Source: Microcoleus sp. (GTDB lineage: Bacteria > Cyanobacteriota > Cyanobacteriia > Cyanobacteriales > Microcoleaceae). From it: 64,000 bases of DNA. Position numbers and translations under genes: made by a program. The notes under the pieces are model-generated. The model saw nothing but the letters and a program-made list of their open reading frames with translations, had not been told where the DNA came from and ran no database searches. Positions 20,301 to 30,168 of this stretch are shown one piece after another. The stretch spans positions 416,001-480,000 of the forward strand of contig JAYFMW010000006.1 in the NCBI GenBank assembly GCA_042408215.1, read 5' to 3'. Numbering within the stretch: the stretch's first letter is position 1; every line of letters starts with the position of its first letter.

Positions 20301-22472
20301 TTGTGACCCCGGCCCCAGCGGTGACATCGGCATGGAGTCCGGCCAGACGACGCGGTACTGCTCAGTGGCGGTCGTTGTTGGGTCGTCGTAGTAAGTATTC
20401 GTGTCCCCAGTTACGGTGGCACCATTTGAAGGATTTATCCAACTAGGCGGCGGCAGGAATGAATTAGTGCGATCGTAAACCCCTGCACCAGTGATGACGC
20501 GCAAACCGCCAATGCCATCCAAGGGATTTTTCGGATTTCTCGCCGCTGCTTGTTCCCAAAAACTGCCGCGATCGGTCGTTCCTACATCAGCGATCTTTGT
20601 CACCTGGGACGATCGAGTGCGGTCTGGGGCGGCTAATCCGTCGGGGGTAGAATTCCACTTCCCTCCTGGGATTGGGTCTGGCTTACTGGTAAATGCCAAT
20701 TTGGCGGCGTCCCATCTCTTGGCTGGTAGGTTGTTACCTACGACAACGCGATCGCCCAGAAATTGTTCTTCTTCAGGTTCTTTTGAGGGGTCTGTTGCTT
20801 CTAGCTGACTAGGCGTTAGGTTGACTTTGGTTTCGGTCAGAGGTTTGTCCATTTGTCTACGGGTCTTAGGGTCTCTTTGCTTTCTAGAATGGGTAGGGGG
20901 TGTGGTCCGCCAGGTGTTGACCACGGAAGACCGTAGACCCGCCGTTGCGTCTCCTCCAAGCGGCACTTCCGCATAGGGAACCTTGCGGAGCATCTGTTTA
21001 AAATATCCTGTCAGCGCTTGTTTTCGATCTAGGTCTGATGGTCGCTGCCGCACTGACAACGGATCGTTAGTCTCCGGGTTGGGGCTGGCGGGGTCTCCCA
21101 TCTGCGCTTCTACTAGCAAAGATAGGCGCTTTGTATAGGCTTCGTCGTTGTAAAGAACATTCAATCTAGAATCGCTAGTTGATTCCGTTGTATTCGCCTT
21201 AATTTCTGATTTTTTACTCAGCATGAATGCGTTTTTTCCGCTCGTAGGGAGGCTACCTTTTTTGAAAAGGTGCACGTCCACTGCATTCTTAACCGTGTTG
21301 TTACCAGACCAACCATTTACTACATTACCAGCCACAACAATTTTGCTACCTTCTTGTTCGTAGAAACAAGAATCTGGGCTGCTGACCTGATACATTTTTA
21401 TGCTGTTAGGATTATTAAACCCTGTCACTAGCAAATTACTGTTTGTGAAGAGCCGCCCGTTTAGATTCAACGGAGGTCCCGGTGATATGTCTAGATCGTT
21501 TTCATAAACAACCGCGTTGTTGGCGATCGGAATAAGAGCTTGGTCTTGCTGATATTCCAGGGCTGAAATGCTAGAAGTTCCTGTGAATGCTTGATACGGT
21601 TTACTAGGATTGGCAGCAACATCTGCTGCTGTCATCGGTACGTTAACTGTATAAACGAAAAAACTTTTTTTAAGTTTGCCGTCTATCCTGTACCAGCCTG
21701 AGTCCCCCGCTAAAGTAGCGACAGTACCTCCACCCTGTTCGCAACCAGCCTTAAGTTTCCTCTGCGGTGGCTTTCTTGCTTCCAACGGCTCTCTTTTTCT
21801 TAAGAAGTCGCCCAAAGTAGGGCTTTTGGGCGTATCGTCTCTTGGGGGGGTGCGGAAGAATATGCCGTAGAGGGTAAAATTGTCAAATTTGCCATCGCCA
21901 TTTGTATCGACGGGATATCTCCAAGCAGTATTTATAGATTCATTGGTTTCGAGATTAAAGCCAGTATCGTTAACCTTAAGATCGGGCCCTATGCCATTTT
22001 TACCGTCTAGGTCATACTTAAGTTTCAGGCGATCCTCGTCCCCAAAGGTATAACTATCGGGAACTACACTTCCACTTGTTGATTTGGGGTTGGCGATCGG
22101 AAAGTACAATTCTGTATCAGAAGGAGTACCCCTATCCTGGGTTTGCTCCAGCAGGAACTGAATTTTCGCTTTCGCCCGATCGATCGCGGGAGTCGCAGCC
22201 GCCAGCACCTGCTGGTTCACGCGCACGTTACGAGCCGTATTAGCCCGATCGAACGATCGCAGAGTAATCGCCACAGTCAGCAAAATCACCACCAGCAACA
22301 CCATCGTCACCGTCGGGAGCACAAACCCCGCCACCGGCAAATTTGCCCGTCGGCCCATTGCTATGAGCGATCGCAACATTGCTCTCATTAGCCGCTTCGC
22401 GCGCGATCGAGTCACACCAGCAATCCGCCGCAGCAGCGATACGATAACTTTGGATAATTTGCTTTTAAACAT
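17363..22472 (-). pseudogene. hpsA: HpsA-like large protein, broken by several frameshifts (true pseudogene or assembly indels)
   Basis: GFVLPTVTMVLLVVILL N-terminus; ERQPLEIRATQID, GGLQNLPRFLESW and WGYDLGLLSQPPDLF motifs fall in different frames; shifts near 19655, 18360, 18210, 18010 and 17750-17630. Confidence 0.8.
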
Positions 22473-22543
22473 TGACGCCTTCCTGAATAGTTTCAGAGAT
22501 GGTATTGCAGGTAGTTACTGCTTGACAGTACGATCCCAGTTTT

Positions 22544-22552
22544 ATGATTCCC
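22544..22552 (-). promoter_or_regulatory. Candidate SigJ/SigF-type -10 element GGGAATCAT upstream of hpsA
   Basis: Resembles the GGGaatacT motif described for motility promoters in Nostoc; ~70 bp upstream of the start; short motif, may be chance. Confidence 0.35.
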
Positions 22553-22930
22553 ATTTTAGCCAACTTTCATATCAGTCCGTTGCACAAATTCACAATTTGT
22601 GTTATTTGGCTCAAAAAATAAAATATACCAGCCCACAACCCGCGATTTGCCGTTGGGTGGGGCGGGTAACAGAGCGGTAACAGAGCGTAGTCGAAGTGTC
22701 GAAGTATACGAGATTATTGGTCAAAGGCCGAGATTGTTGGTAAAATCCGCCCCTACAAGCCCTGGTGGGGGCGATATATTTTCTCCCGAAAGATTTGCCC
22801 CGCAAGGATTTGGGCTTAGGGGATTCCACTCTATCCTAGCTCATTGATCTTGGCCCAGATCTAGATTAAGTTCGATCGGACCTAAAATGGGCGATCGCGA
22901 TCGATTATTGTGGGCGATCGATTATTGTGG

Positions 22931-23236
22931 GCGATCGATGATTGTGCGGTAGGGACACGGCATTGCCGTCTCCTCCGTTGCCTGTGAGGGCAATTTGATC
23001 GTCCAATCCGGTTGATTTTACCCGTTACCCGAAATCAGGACACGGCAGTGCCGTGTCCCTACAATTAATTGGGATGGTTATATCTCTGGCGATCGCGATC
23101 GATGATTGTGCGGTAGGGACACGGCATTGCCGTCTCCTCCGTTGCCTGTGAGGGCAATTTGATCGTCCAATCCGGTTGATTTTACCCGTTACCCGAAATC
23201 AGGACAGGGCAGTGCCGTGTCCCTACAATTAATTGG
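22931..23236. repeat. Two direct copies (period 164 bp) of a REPIN-like unit bounded by inverted REP palindromes
   Basis: GTAGGGACACGGCATTGCCGTCTCCT...AGGACACGGCAGTGCCGTGTCCCTAC, starting at ~22931 and ~23095. Confidence 0.85.
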
Positions 23237-23305
23237 GGGATTGTTGGTAAAACCCGCCCCTACAGATTTAAAATAAAATTAACCTAATTAATCACCCTAT
23301 GACCG

Positions 23306-23899
23306 ATGGAAACTTTAACCCTAAACGTACCAACCGCCGTAGGAATAACAGACGAGCAATTTTATCAACTGTCTGTTGCTAATGAAGAATGGCGATTTGA
23401 ACTAACTGCTGAAGGAGAACTGATCATTATGTCCCCAACAGGCGGCGAAAGCGGCATCCGAAATTCCGATATGAACTTAGACCTCGGTTCATGGAATCGT
23501 CAAACTAAATTAGGAAAAGTTTTTGATTCTTCCACAGTCTTTCGATTGCCAAATGGCGGCAAACGCTCTCCCGATGCTTCTTGGGTACTCCGCTCGCGCT
23601 GGGAAGCTTTATCTATTGAAGATCAGCGCAAGTTTCCTCCCCTATGTCCTGATTTTATCATCGAATTGCGATCGCAAACTGATTCCCTCGAAAAATTGCG
23701 CTTAAAAATGCTCGATTACCGGGCTAATGGCTGTCGTTTGGGATGGTTGATTGACCCTCAGACTCCCTTAGTAGAAATCTATCGACTTGCTCAGGATGTA
23801 GAAACGATTAATTTCTCTTTTGACCAACCGCCAACACTTTCTGGCGAAGATGTACTCCCCGGATTTCTGCTCGATCTTACACCCATTCTCAATCCTTGA
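23306..23899 (+). CDS. Uma2 family (PD-(D/E)XK) putative endonuclease
   Basis: ELTAEGELIIMSPTGG, RSPDASW, PLCPDFIIELRS, LSGEDVLPGF. Confidence 0.92.
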   Translation: METLTLNVPTAVGITDEQFYQLSVANEEWRFELTAEGELIIMSPTGGESGIRNSDMNLDLGSWNRQTKLGKVFDSSTVFRLPNGGKRSPDASWVLRSRWEALSIEDQRKFPPLCPDFIIELRSQTDSLEKLRLKMLDYRANGCRLGWLIDPQTPLVEIYRLAQDVETINFSFDQPPTLSGEDVLPGFLLDLTPILNP

Positions 23900-24072
23900 A
23901 TATAGCAGCAACTCTGGACTAGGCAATGCCCTGTCCAGACTGTGGGTAAGATCAATTCCGATGCCACCGGATTAGATATGAGATGCAATTGGTTCGGGGC
24001 GATCGAATTTCGGTAATGCGTCAAAGTGCGATCGAGGTTAAAATGGCGATCGATTTTCATTAGCTACAACCC

Positions 24073-24837
24073 ATGAACCAAACCCCAAAACCCCCCGACT
24101 TCATCATCATCGGCGTCCAAAAAGGCGGCACAACATCCCTGTACAACTATCTGATCCAACATCCCCAAATCGCCCCCGCCGCCCAAAAAGAAGTACATTA
24201 TTTTGACTTTAACTTCGACAAAAGCCCAGACTGGTACTGTTCCCAATTTCCCCAGCCCAAAAGCGGCGAAAATCTCCTCACAGGAGAAGCCAGCCCCTAC
24301 TACATATGTCATCCCCAAGTTCCAGGGCGCATCTCCGGTTTATTTCCCAAAGTTAAAATAATCGCCTTGCTCAGAAACCCAGTAGAACGCGCAATTTCCC
24401 ACTATTATTACTATATCAAAATTGGCTACGAATCCCTATCATTAGAAAGTGCGATCGACTCCGAGCCCGAAAGACTAAAAGGCGAAATCGAAAAACTCAT
24501 CGCCAACCCAACCTACTACAGTTACGAACACCAACACCACAGTTATTTAACTCGCGGCATTTACGCGGATCAACTCCCAGCGTGGATGAAACTATTTCCC
24601 AAGGAACAAATCTTAATCATCAAAAGCGAAGACTTGTACACCAATCCCTGCGCTACATTCAACACTGTCTTAGAATTCTTAAACTTGCCGCCCCACCAGC
24701 TAGAAACCTACGAAAAATACAACTCCACCCAGTATCCGCCCATCAGCGAGGCTGTGTACCAGCAATTGAGAGCATATTTTCGATCGCACAATCAAAGACT
24801 AGCCCAAATGTGCGATCGAGATTTCGGCTGGGATTAG
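24073..24837 (+). CDS. Sulfotransferase domain protein
   Basis: PAPS-binding IIGVQKGGTTSLY; GEASPYY; LLRNPVERAISHY. Confidence 0.9.
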   Translation: MNQTPKPPDFIIIGVQKGGTTSLYNYLIQHPQIAPAAQKEVHYFDFNFDKSPDWYCSQFPQPKSGENLLTGEASPYYICHPQVPGRISGLFPKVKIIALLRNPVERAISHYYYYIKIGYESLSLESAIDSEPERLKGEIEKLIANPTYYSYEHQHHSYLTRGIYADQLPAWMKLFPKEQILIIKSEDLYTNPCATFNTVLEFLNLPPHQLETYEKYNSTQYPPISEAVYQQLRAYFRSHNQRLAQMCDRDFGWD

Positions 24838-24970
24838 TCAAATTTCAATCATCCCCTAGGGGCGGGTTCCACCAACAGCCCAAAACAACAATCTCCTAAA
24901 CCCGCCCCCACCCTGTTAAGTTAAAATAAAACAAGAATCAATACAGTCATCTACCAAATCTCGCTTAATT

Positions 24971-25168
24971 ATGGCAATACTACTCAAAGTTCCCTCCATC
25001 GTCTGTTCCGGCTGCGGAGACACAATCACCAAAGCCATCAAAACAGTTGAATCCGAAGCTAACATCAATGTGGATGTCGCAGCCAAGACTGTTACAGTTG
25101 AGGCTAAAGCTTCAGAAGAATCAATTAAACAGGCGATTGTTGCTACGGGCCACATCATCGAAGATTAA
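24971..25168 (+). CDS. Heavy-metal-associated (HMA) copper chaperone, Atx1/CopZ-like
   Basis: VPSIVCSGC metal motif, 65 aa, C-terminal AIVATGH. Confidence 0.9.
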   Translation: MAILLKVPSIVCSGCGDTITKAIKTVESEANINVDVAAKTVTVEAKASEESIKQAIVATGHIIED

Positions 25169-25303
25169 GCTCCAGCCCAGTCAATTAATCAACATATCCG
25201 GTTTTGTAGGGGCGGGTTCACCAATATCTATGATTCACATCTAGGATATTTATAAACCCGCCCTCCCCAACTCCGTCACGGATACAGGGATAGCTGTTTT
25301 TCC

Positions 25304-25567
25304 CAATTACGAATTACGAATTACGAATTACGAATTACGAATTACCCAATTACGAATTACGAATTACGAATTACCCAATTACGAATTACGAATTACCCAA
25401 TTACGAATTACGAATTACGAATTACGAATTACGAATTACGAATTACGAATTACGAATTCCCAATTCCCGATTCCCCATTCCCGATTACCCATTCCCCATT
25501 CCCAATTCCCCATTCCCCATTCCCCAATTCCCAATTCCTAATTCCCAATTCCTAATTCCCAATTCCC
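25304..25567. repeat. STRR tract (AATTACG / AATTCCC heptamers)
   Basis: Tandem 7-mers. Confidence 0.95.
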
Positions 25568-25616
25568 ACAAACTATATATTAGTAGAGCCAAACAAACCT
25601 ACCAAGAAATAGCAAA

Positions 25617-25667
25617 ATGACTACTGCAACCCAAACAAAATGCGCCTGTCCTTCTTGCTTGTGCATT
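25617..25667 (+). pseudogene. smtA: 5' half of a bacterial metallothionein (SmtA/BmtA), cut by an IS
   Basis: ATG at 25617 gives MTTATQTKCACPSCLCI, immediately followed by the IS right end. Confidence 0.88.
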
Positions 25668-25703
25668 TTGACATACTCCCCGGCGTGAACGCACGGGGAT
25701 TCT

Positions 25704-26866
25704 TTACGCTTCATCGACTGATGCCACCGAAATGGTCTTACTCTGTCTCGACGTACATTTAGAGTCGTGGCAATGCCCTATCCCGACTTTGTTTATATTC
25801 CTAGCTGCGTTCTCATCTCTGTCCTGTTCTGTGCCACAATTTAGGCACAGAATTGAACGAATTGAGAGGTCTAGTTTACCCCATTTAAACCCACAGTCTG
25901 AGCAGATTTGACTGGTGGGTTCCCAACGACTAATTACTCTAAAATTACGCCCAATTTTCTCAGATTTTGCCTCACACAAAGAACGGAATTCATACCATCC
26001 TTGTTGGCTAATTGCTCTGGCAAGTTTGCGGTTTTTGACCATTCCTGACACGTTCAAGTCTTCCAAAATAATAGTTTGGTTTTCACTGACTACTTTGGTT
26101 GATAATTTGTGCAAAAAGTTTTTGCGGATGTCGGCAATCTGATTGTGTGTTTTGGCTATTCTGATTCGAGTTCTATTTCTACGTCTTGAGTCTTTGGGTT
26201 GTCGTGCCAGCTTTTTTTGGAGTTTACGGACTTTTCTGTCTAACTTTTTATAGCTAGGACTTTCAGCTTTCTCTCCATTGCTCATCACGGCAAAAGTTTT
26301 AATCCCTAAGTCAATACCGATGCTTTGGTTTTTGGTATGAATACTGATGGGTTCAACTTCTACTACAAAACTGAGGAAATAGCGGTTGGCACAATCTTTG
26401 ACGATGGTTACAGAGCTAGGGATAGAGGGCAACTCCCTAGACCAAATTGGCAAAACACATTGCCAATTTTTGCCAAGTAGACTTCTTCTCCTTTGATTGA
26501 GAACCCTCCGCGAGTAAGTCTCGCTGACTGGCTATTTGTGCGCTTTTTGAATCTAGGGTATCCAACTTTTCGCCCTTTTCTTTTCCCTTTGCAGGACTCG
26601 AAAAAGTTTTTAAAAGCTGTTTCTAGATCGGCTACAGATTGCTGCAAGGGGATATTCGATACTTCACTTAACCATTCCCTCTCAATAGTTTGCTTGGCTT
26701 GAGTAATTACCACCTTTTGAAGTTCTGCCGATTTGGGCTTCTTCTCCGACTGTTTACACAGTGCAAGAGCATCATTCCAGACAACCCGCACGCACCCAAA
26801 CAGTTGAGCCAAACTTTGGCACTGTTGGTTAGTTGGGTAGAATCTGTACTGGTATCTGGCTTTCAC
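25704..26866 (-). pseudogene. tnpB: tnpB with one frameshift near 26450
   Basis: VKARYQYRFYP...YLAKIGNV and PIWSRELPS...GIDLG...LEDL...DRDENAA in two frames. Confidence 0.88.
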
Positions 26867-26921
26867 TGACTTCTGGAGTTTAGTTATGCTACCATTATAT
26901 ATCAATATGAAATACAATGCC

Positions 26922-27062
26922 ATGAACAAAAGTATATTTTTTCGATTAACAGAGGAAGAATTAGCACATCTTGAGGAGTATTGCCAAGCAGCCGAGAGAA
27001 CAAAGTCTGATGTGCTGAGAGAATTAATTAGAAAACTAAAAATAAATAAAAAGCCGTCCTAG
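26922..27062 (+). CDS. Small ribbon-helix-helix (CopG-like) protein inside the IS left end
   Basis: Manual translation MNKSIFFRLTEEELAHLEEYCQAAERTKSDVLRELIRKLKINKKPS* (46 aa, below the ORF-track cutoff); beta-strand/helix/helix pattern with SDVLRELI. Confidence 0.8.
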   Translation: MNKSIFFRLTEEELAHLEEYCQAAERTKSDVLRELIRKLKINKKPS

Positions 27063-27130
27063 AAGGACGGGGCTTGTATCCCATTATTTTCGGTCAAAGG
27101 TTTTTCTTAACTTGGGCGGAAGCTCAGCAC

Positions 27131-27241
27131 TTATTTGTTGCACTCGCAGCCGGTGTGGCCGCTGCCGGTGCCGTTGGGGTGGCCGTCAGCGCAGGCGCTG
27201 GAACAGTATTGTTTGCCACCTTTTTCAAGGGCTCCTCAAGG
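27131..27241 (-). pseudogene. smtA: 3' half of the metallothionein, in inverted orientation
   Basis: Minus strand reads ...ALEKGGKQYCSSACADGHPNGTGSGHTGCECNK*, matching the SmtA YCS.ACA.GH...GH.GC.C pattern. Confidence 0.88.
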
Positions 27242-27393
27242 TAATAACATTGTGTTATTATAGTGAATAGGAGTTTAAGATTCTGACGGAAATAGCTTCT
27301 GAATGGGGGTGTAGCTTATCTGCTACCATCAAGAGGTTGATTCGAGAGAAAAAGCCGTCCTTCTAGGACGGGGCTTTAGACCCAAAAATCATG
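27242..27393 (-). mobile_element. Orphan IS605 left end with a decayed RHH-like remnant
   Basis: TTAC target at 27397-27394, AAAG-CCCCGTCCTAGAAGGACGG hairpin; plus strand reads EFKILTEIASEWGCSLSATIKRLIREKKPSF*. Confidence 0.7.
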
Positions 27394-27637
27394 GTAAAGT
27401 AGATCTAAAGGGAGATGCGGTGTCCGCATTTCCCAATTTTTGTGAGTAAAGGTTAAAAAAAAGTTAAATTATAGGTAAGTTAAGGTTAAGATTGGATTAA
27501 TAAAGTCAGTACAGGGCCAAACAACGCAATTGCTACTTGCGCCATACAAGAGAAGCAAGTTAGCGCCACGACGCTAGATAAAAATAGCGCATATTGACAG
27601 TAGATACGCAAACCAAAATTTGAATTAGGAGGGGGCC

Positions 27638-27898
27638 ATGAAAGAGCGGGAAGATTTTTTACATCCTCGCAGTCGCTACTACGGTGATTTCACGCCGGAA
27701 AACTTGGCGTTCAATGCTAACTTACAGGAATTTGCTCAGAAAATAACATACATTTGCTCGCTGGAAACTGGCGGCAAAATTAGCGCGGAGAAAGCCTATA
27801 AAGATATTAAGGCGCTGTGGAAAGACTTAAAAACCTCTAAGAAGCAATTGGGAATTGGCCAAAAACCCCCCAGTACCGATGAGGAAAATTCGCCTTAA
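27638..27898 (+). CDS. Conserved cyanobacterial small hypothetical protein
   Basis: FLHPRSRYYGDFTPENLAFNANLQEFAQK..ICSLETGGKIS motif; AGGAGG RBS. Confidence 0.85.
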   Translation: MKEREDFLHPRSRYYGDFTPENLAFNANLQEFAQKITYICSLETGGKISAEKAYKDIKALWKDLKTSKKQLGIGQKPPSTDEENSP

Positions 27899-28112
27899 AT
27901 AAAAATCTTCTAGGGGCAGGCAAGATGCCCACCCCACAATAAATTTAATGTATTGTGGAACGGGCCGAAGAGTCCGTTGCTAAAAATCTTGTAGAAGCAG
28001 ACAAGATATCTATTACAGTCCTGGACGCATTGTAACGGTGTAACAAGGCTTTGAGATTGCTTCGCTTCCCTCGCAATGACAGAATTACGTTATATGTGCG
28101 TCCAGGACTATA

Positions 28113-29153
28113 TTATTTAAGATTCGGTGTTCCTTGTCCAAAAGGAGTACAATTTCCCCCTAACCCAGAAGTAATCGCACAAGTATTAGTAGTCAGCATC
28201 CCCTCATAAGTATCAGCACCGCTACCAGGCCCACCCAACTCATCACTGTAGAGTTCCTTGTCCGAAATTTTGACATTGGCCTCCCTCGCCACAGTCTCCA
28301 TCAACTTCGGATTAGTCGTAGTTTCAGCAAAAATAGTCGGCACTCCCGCCTGCTTAATTTCTGATGATAATTCAGCAATTCTTGCTGCTGTGGGCTGTTC
28401 CTCTGTAGTCACCCCCTGCAAAGCTCCAGCTACCTCCAAACCGTAAGCATCAGCATAGTAACTCAGAGCATCGTGAGTAGTGACTAACTTGCGTTTATCC
28501 GCCGGAATTGTCGCAATTTGAGCTTTAATCCAAATATCTAATTTTTGTAAATCCGCTGTTAATTTGGCTGCATTTTTGATATAAAGTTCAGCATTGCTGG
28601 GAGCAATTTTTTTCAATTCATCGCGAATTAGTTCAACCATACGGATGCCATTTTGAGGATTATGCCAAACATGAGGGTCAGGAACTTTTTCGCCTGCTGC
28701 GTGGGGTTTGGCTTCAGTTGTTTGTTCTCCTTCGTGCTCGTGTTCGCCCATCAGCGGTTTGGGAACTGCGAGTTCGTGGACGGCGATTTTGGGCGCGGAG
28801 TTGGTAGTAGATTTGATCAGTTTAATGATGCTGGGTTCGTGGTCGTAACCAGCGTATAAAATCAGATTTGCTGTTTCAATGGCTTTGCGGTCTTCGGGCT
28901 TAGTTTGATAGGCGTGGGGGTCGTCCCCCGGCTTAATTAAACAGGTTGTGTCGATCGAACTTTCGGCAATTTCTTTAGTGATGTCGCAAATAACACCAGT
29001 AGTGGCCACTACTTTTGGCAAGTTGGCGGCCCGACTCTCACGTACCGGATTGCTGGCTTGGGGGCCTCCACTGCATCCAGCCAGTCCCAGCCCGATCGCC
29101 AAAACAGCCACACCGCCCCATCTGCGGGTTTTTCCTAGCAACTTCTTTAACAT
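28113..29153 (-). CDS. Zn/Mn ABC transporter substrate-binding lipoprotein (ZnuA/MntC family)
   Basis: Lipobox LAGC; DPHAY, His-rich loop, DPHVW, TTHDA, LYSDEL. Confidence 0.92.
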   Translation of the reverse strand: MLKKLLGKTRRWGGVAVLAIGLGLAGCSGGPQASNPVRESRAANLPKVVATTGVICDITKEIAESSIDTTCLIKPGDDPHAYQTKPEDRKAIETANLILYAGYDHEPSIIKLIKSTTNSAPKIAVHELAVPKPLMGEHEHEGEQTTEAKPHAAGEKVPDPHVWHNPQNGIRMVELIRDELKKIAPSNAELYIKNAAKLTADLQKLDIWIKAQIATIPADKRKLVTTHDALSYYADAYGLEVAGALQGVTTEEQPTAARIAELSSEIKQAGVPTIFAETTTNPKLMETVAREANVKISDKELYSDELGGPGSGADTYEGMLTTNTCAITSGLGGNCTPFGQGTPNLK

Positions 29154-29165
29154 TTTACTTTGGAA

Positions 29166-29180
29166 CGATAATCATTACTG
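29166..29180. promoter_or_regulatory. Putative Zur box in the divergent transporter promoter
   Basis: CGATAATCATTACTG versus the cyanobacterial Zur consensus TGATAATnATTATCA; similar to the box at 47762. Confidence 0.65.
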
Positions 29181-29241
29181 GTTTTTCGAGTTATTCTATT
29201 ATAGTAGCTGCAAACAAGAATCGTTCTCAAAATCTCAAATT

Positions 29242-29961
29242 ATGTTAGAAGTTCAAGACTTGGCTGTTAATTATCGAGGAATTTCGGCCCTCAACAGCAT
29301 CAATTTCAGTATAGAGCCCGGACTATTAACGGGAGTCTTGGGCCCCAACGGCGCTGGGAAAAGTACGATGGTGAAAGCCATGTTGGGATTGATTCCAGCC
29401 TGTCGGGGTAGGGTAACATATGAGGGGCGGTTGTTGAAGGAACAGTTGGGGCTGGTGGCTTATGTGCCGCAGCGATCGCAAATTGACTGGGATTATCCGA
29501 TTACGGTGTGGAATGCGGTGATGATGGCGCGAACAGTCCAGACTGGTTGGTGGCGATCGCCCTCCCGTCAGTCGCAAGAATTGGTGAAAACTGCTTTGTT
29601 GCGGGTGGGAATGTGGGATTTGCGCGATCGGCAAATTGGGGAACTTTCAGGAGGTCAGCAGCAGCGGATTTTCTTAGCAAGGGCGATCGCTCAACAAGCC
29701 GATTTATTTTTCTTTGATGAGCCTTTTAATGCTGTTGACAAAGCTACAGAAGAGATTATTTTTGATATTTTTGCCGAGCTCAAAGCCGAAAACAAAACTT
29801 TGCTAGTAATTAGTCACGATTTAGGGGAAACTTTAAAACAGTACGATAATTTATTGTTGCTGAACAAGCGGTTAATTGCGATCGGTTCCCGCCGGGAAGT
29901 GCTGACTGCTGCTAATATTCAAAAGGCTTATGGATACGATTTAAGTTTAGTTTGTGCGTGA
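29242..29961 (+). CDS. Metal ABC transporter ATP-binding protein (ZnuC-like)
   Basis: GPNGAGKST, LSGGQQQR, FFFDEP; likely start MLEVQDL at 29242. Confidence 0.92.
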   Translation: MLEVQDLAVNYRGISALNSINFSIEPGLLTGVLGPNGAGKSTMVKAMLGLIPACRGRVTYEGRLLKEQLGLVAYVPQRSQIDWDYPITVWNAVMMARTVQTGWWRSPSRQSQELVKTALLRVGMWDLRDRQIGELSGGQQQRIFLARAIAQQADLFFFDEPFNAVDKATEEIIFDIFAELKAENKTLLVISHDLGETLKQYDNLLLLNKRLIAIGSRREVLTAANIQKAYGYDLSLVCA

Positions 29962-30168
29962 GGGAAATGGGATTTATTTTTAACCGCAGATGAACGCAGA
30001 TGAACGCGGATATCTGTATTTATTAGTTCTGGACGCACGGGTGGTCAGAAACCGGGTTTTTTGCGAGAATACTTGGTTACAGCCCTTGAAACGCGAAAAA
30101 ACCCGGTTTCTTTGGTCTTAATGTGTCCAGGACTATTTATCTGTGTTCACCATGAGGTAAGTAATGAA

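Larger units (their letters stand above)
25668..27092 (-). mobile_element. IS605-family element carrying tnpB and a divergent small RHH gene
   Basis: Right end AGAATCCCC...GGGGAGTATGTCAA at 25668; left end follows TTGAC (27097-27093) with CAAG-CCCCGTCCTTCTAGGACGG hairpin. Confidence 0.88.

Noticed and set aside
28948..29241. N-terminal extensions of the ABC ATPase (from 28948), permease (from 30061), WD40 (from 46868) and PRC-barrel (from 62900) ORFs
   Set aside because: They overlap neighbouring genes, repeats or intergenic DNA; internal ATGs fit the family starts
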